Assembly (NCBI GenBank): GCA_013333285.2
Contig: JABCPF020000042.1
Location: 12,302 to 76,301, forward strand
Length of the DNA stretch: 64,000 nucleotides
DNA from: Prevotella sp.
GTDB taxonomy: Bacteria; Bacteroidota; Bacteroidia; Bacteroidales; Bacteroidaceae
Direction of reading: 5' to 3'
Part shown: positions 61,698-64,000 of the stretch, one piece after another
Layout: each line of letters opens with the position of its first letter
How positions within the stretch are numbered: position 1 is the stretch's first letter
Made by a program: the position numbers and the translations under genes
The notes under the pieces: generated by a model
Seen by the model: only the letters and a program-made list of their open reading frames with translations
Database searches by the model: none
Told to the model about the DNA's origin: nothing

Positions 61698-61705
61698 TAC
61701 CTTTG
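61698..61705 (+). promoter_or_regulatory. -7 promoter element for the phosphatase gene
   Basis: TACCTTTG, divergent from the M13 promoter. Confidence 0.65.
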
Positions 61706-61800
61706 TGACGATTCACAACCCACTATAGCTCTGTAGCGTGGTGTAAAAACAACTATTACGCAACTAACTTTTTCCTTTAACACAAAGAAAAACTTTCAAT

Positions 61801-63294
61801 ATGAAAAAAATTTTTGCATTTATCTCAGCCCTACTTCTTTCGTTACCACAGATGGCACAGGTCGAACGCCCACGCCTTGTAGTAGGTCTTGTAGTTGACC
61901 AAATGAGGTGGGACTACTTTTTTTATTATTACAACCAGTTCCAAAAAGACGGTCTTCGTCGCTTCGTTGACCAAGGATTTAGCTTTGAGAACACCTTTAT
62001 CAACTATGTTCCAGCCGTAACTGCCGTTGGTCATAGCTCTATTTACACAGGCAGTATACCTGCTTTCACGGGCATTGTTAGCAATAGCTTCCGCATGAAT
62101 GGGCAAAAAGTTTACTGCTGTGCCGATACTACCGTACAGAGTGTAGGCTCAAACAGTCGCGAAGGACAGATGTCACCCCGTAATCTTTTGGCTTCGGGCA
62201 TTGGTGATGAACTCAAGCTTGCCACCGATTTTAAGTCGAAAGTAATTGGTGTTTCACTCAAAGACCGCTCTGCAATATTACCTGCAGGTCACGGCGCTGA
62301 CGCAGCATACTGGTGGGATACATCAGCAGGCCACTTTGTTTCGTCTACTTATTATATGCAGGAACTGCCCGAATGGGTTAAACGCGAAAACCAAAACATC
62401 GCCACGAAACCCGGTACAGAGGTAAAGACATCGGTGATGGGTGTGACAAAAACTTTCCAAATGGCTGAGGCAGCTTTAAAGAACGAGCAAATGGGAAAGG
62501 ACGATATTACCGACCTTTTAACCATAAGCGTATCGTCAACTGACGCACTTGCCCATAACTTTGGCACACGAGGGAAGGAGAATTTCGACTCTTTCATGGA
62601 ACTTGATCGACAGGTAGCACGTTTCTTCAAAGCGCTTGACGAACAAGTGGGACGAGGTAAATATCTTGTATTCCTTTCGGCAGACCATGGCGGTCCTCAC
62701 AATCACAACTTCCTAACTGAGCATAAAATGGCTGCAGGTGGCCTTGATATGGGTAAAAAACTAAAAGCTATAGAAGCTGATTTAGTAAAGGAACTTGGCA
62801 TCTCACCTATTATTATTGGTCATATCGATTGCAAACTCTATCTTGACCATGAGGCTATTGAACGTGGCGGAAAGACGATAGAAGAGGTTCGTGCTGCTGT
62901 ATGCCGTAAGTTAGAAGAGAACGAAAACATTATGTTTGCTGTTGACTATGATAAGGTTATGGAGAGCAGCATTCCACAATACCTTCGTGAAATGATTATC
63001 AATGGCTACAATAAGAAACGCAGTGGCGACGTAATATACGTGGCTCGTGCCGATTGGGAGAACGTGCCTGCAAGCAAAAACTTCAAAGGTAACACCCATG
63101 GCCAGTGGAACCCATACGATACACACATTCCGTTTGCACTGTATGGCTGGGGCGTTGGACATGGAAGAACTGCCGAAACAGTGTATATTACCGACATAGC
63201 GCCAACCATTTGCTCCATGCTGCGTATACAAATGCCTAACAGTTGCGTAGGTTCTTCGCGTGAGGGTATGATTAGCAAGCCCAACAAGAAGTAA
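61801..63294 (+). CDS. Alkaline phosphatase family protein (PafA-like)
   Basis: Signal peptide; GLVVDQMR, TAVGH, SLKDRSAILPAGH, SADHG, THG..YDTHIP. Confidence 0.9.
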   Translation: MKKIFAFISALLLSLPQMAQVERPRLVVGLVVDQMRWDYFFYYYNQFQKDGLRRFVDQGFSFENTFINYVPAVTAVGHSSIYTGSIPAFTGIVSNSFRMNGQKVYCCADTTVQSVGSNSREGQMSPRNLLASGIGDELKLATDFKSKVIGVSLKDRSAILPAGHGADAAYWWDTSAGHFVSSTYYMQELPEWVKRENQNIATKPGTEVKTSVMGVTKTFQMAEAALKNEQMGKDDITDLLTISVSSTDALAHNFGTRGKENFDSFMELDRQVARFFKALDEQVGRGKYLVFLSADHGGPHNHNFLTEHKMAAGGLDMGKKLKAIEADLVKELGISPIIIGHIDCKLYLDHEAIERGGKTIEEVRAAVCRKLEENENIMFAVDYDKVMESSIPQYLREMIINGYNKKRSGDVIYVARADWENVPASKNFKGNTHGQWNPYDTHIPFALYGWGVGHGRTAETVYITDIAPTICSMLRIQMPNSCVGSSREGMISKPNKK

Positions 63295-63384
63295 AAAACA
63301 TTCACGATATTCTGCAACGATGCTCGCCATTTTTGTAGACCGTCGTATTTTCTTATAAAGCGCTATCCTTAAACGATAGCCCAC

Positions 63385-63419
63385 AAGGTGGCCAACTTTC
63401 TTACAGTTGGCCACCTTTA
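63385..63419 (+). terminator. Terminator after the phosphatase gene
   Basis: Perfect 13-bp arms AAGGTGGCCAACT/AGTTGGCCACCTT. Confidence 0.75.
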
Positions 63420-63459
63420 TTATATATAAATGGTTTTTCGGCTACAGTTGTTTTATCGT

Positions 63460-63550
63460 TGTACGGCGACCGTGATACACATCGTTACACGGCCGTCACA
63501 CAATGTGTATGGCGGTCGCCATACACATTGTACCACAGCCGCCATACAAC
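63460..63550. repeat. Intergenic ~90-bp element, copy 4
   Basis: Cores at 63467, 63490, 63513, 63536; includes CAATGTGTATGGCG-GT-CGCCATACACATTG (63501-63530). Confidence 0.85.
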
Positions 63551-63644
63551 AAGCCTTACATCGTAAAAAATCGAATAAAACAGCTAAAACAACGTAGCAA
63601 ACCGATATAAAAACCGAAGGAAAAGTATTATAACACACATAAAC

Positions 63645-63728
63645 TATATGCGATATAATATAAAATACTATCTGTTTTAATATTTTATATGCGACAACAT
63701 ATAAAATCAATATTATTTTGTATTTTTG
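63645..63728 (+). promoter_or_regulatory. Putative operator pair and -7 element of the toxin-antitoxin locus
   Basis: 22-bp direct repeat at 63645 and 63686 (19/22 identical); second copy lies within ATTTTATATG-N6-CATATAAAAT; TATTTTTG at 63721. Confidence 0.55.
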
Positions 63729-63751
63729 CATTCGAACTAATATAGTTTGGT

Positions 63752-63955
63752 ATGAAAATAACACAACTATCAAGAGTAGTAAAGAATCTGCGCAAGGAAC
63801 ATGGACTTACGCAGGAAGATCTTGCCATGAAGTCGGGTGTTGGACTCTGTTTTATTCGCAATCTTGAACAAGGAAAAGCATCGTTAAGAATGGATAAGGT
63901 AAATCAATTACTTGATTTATTCAACTACGAACTTACTGCAACGAAAAGGCTATGA
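63752..63955 (+). CDS. HipB/y4mF-type XRE helix-turn-helix regulator
   Basis: RKEHGLTQEDLAMKSGVGLCFIRNLEQGK..LRMDKVNQLL. Confidence 0.88.
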   Translation: MKITQLSRVVKNLRKEHGLTQEDLAMKSGVGLCFIRNLEQGKASLRMDKVNQLLDLFNYELTATKRL

Positions 63956-64000
63956 GACAAGCTGAGATATACAGAAAAGGCATATTAGCAGGCCTATTAA
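63952..64000 (+). CDS. HipA N-terminal (couple_hipA) domain protein, truncated by window end
   Basis: ATGA overlap with the HTH gene; MRQAEIYRKGILAGLL resembles the start of this family; only 16 codons visible. Confidence 0.65.
   Translation, partial: MRQAEIYRKGILAGLL

Noticed and set aside
60413..63414. Antisense ORFs of 100-170 aa within the M13 peptidase and phosphatase genes, and similar ones across the window
   Set aside because: Shadow frames of well-supported genes, with no recognisable motifs.

Overview
Bacteroidota (Prevotella/Segatella-like) chromosomal segment. The assignment rests on recurrent TAnnTTTG promoters, SusC/SusD genes and a T9SS-type C-terminal domain. All family calls come from recognised motifs; no database search was run. 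(1) 1-27 kb, mostly + strand housekeeping genes: htpG (5'-truncated), nth, DUF2461, an RpoD-type sigma factor, ABC-F, grpE-dnaJ-folC, galM-galK, tkt-rpiB, a HAD hydrolase, mltG, glnS-TPR-dedA and a NahK/MdsC-like kinase with a CBM9-like partner. (2) 15.4-18.7 kb, an AT-rich accessory patch. It holds a 747-bp IS982-derived element with 18-bp terminal inverted repeats, a TATTTA target duplication, a 26-aa transposase stub and a lipoprotein gene as cargo. It also holds a 22-bp palindromic array and a lactic-acid-bacteria-type malolactic enzyme. (3) 27-39 kb, an enzyme-free tandem SusC/SusD cluster whose first SusC lacks the N-terminal domain and TonB box, followed by DUF4843, a PKD-like lipoprotein and a BspA-type LRR protein. 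(4) 39.5-59 kb, a Wzx/Wzy surface-polysaccharide locus with neuDBCA, a GT42/Maf-like transferase and a fucosyltransferase-like gene. (5) An M13 peptidase, a PafA-type phosphatase and the start of a hipB/hipA-N toxin-antitoxin locus. Non-coding highlights: four copies of a ~90-bp element made of four 22-23-bp CGGCCG-centred palindromes, a promoter- and terminator-bounded ~90-nt sRNA candidate between mltG and glnS, and a perfect sigma-54 consensus before grpE.
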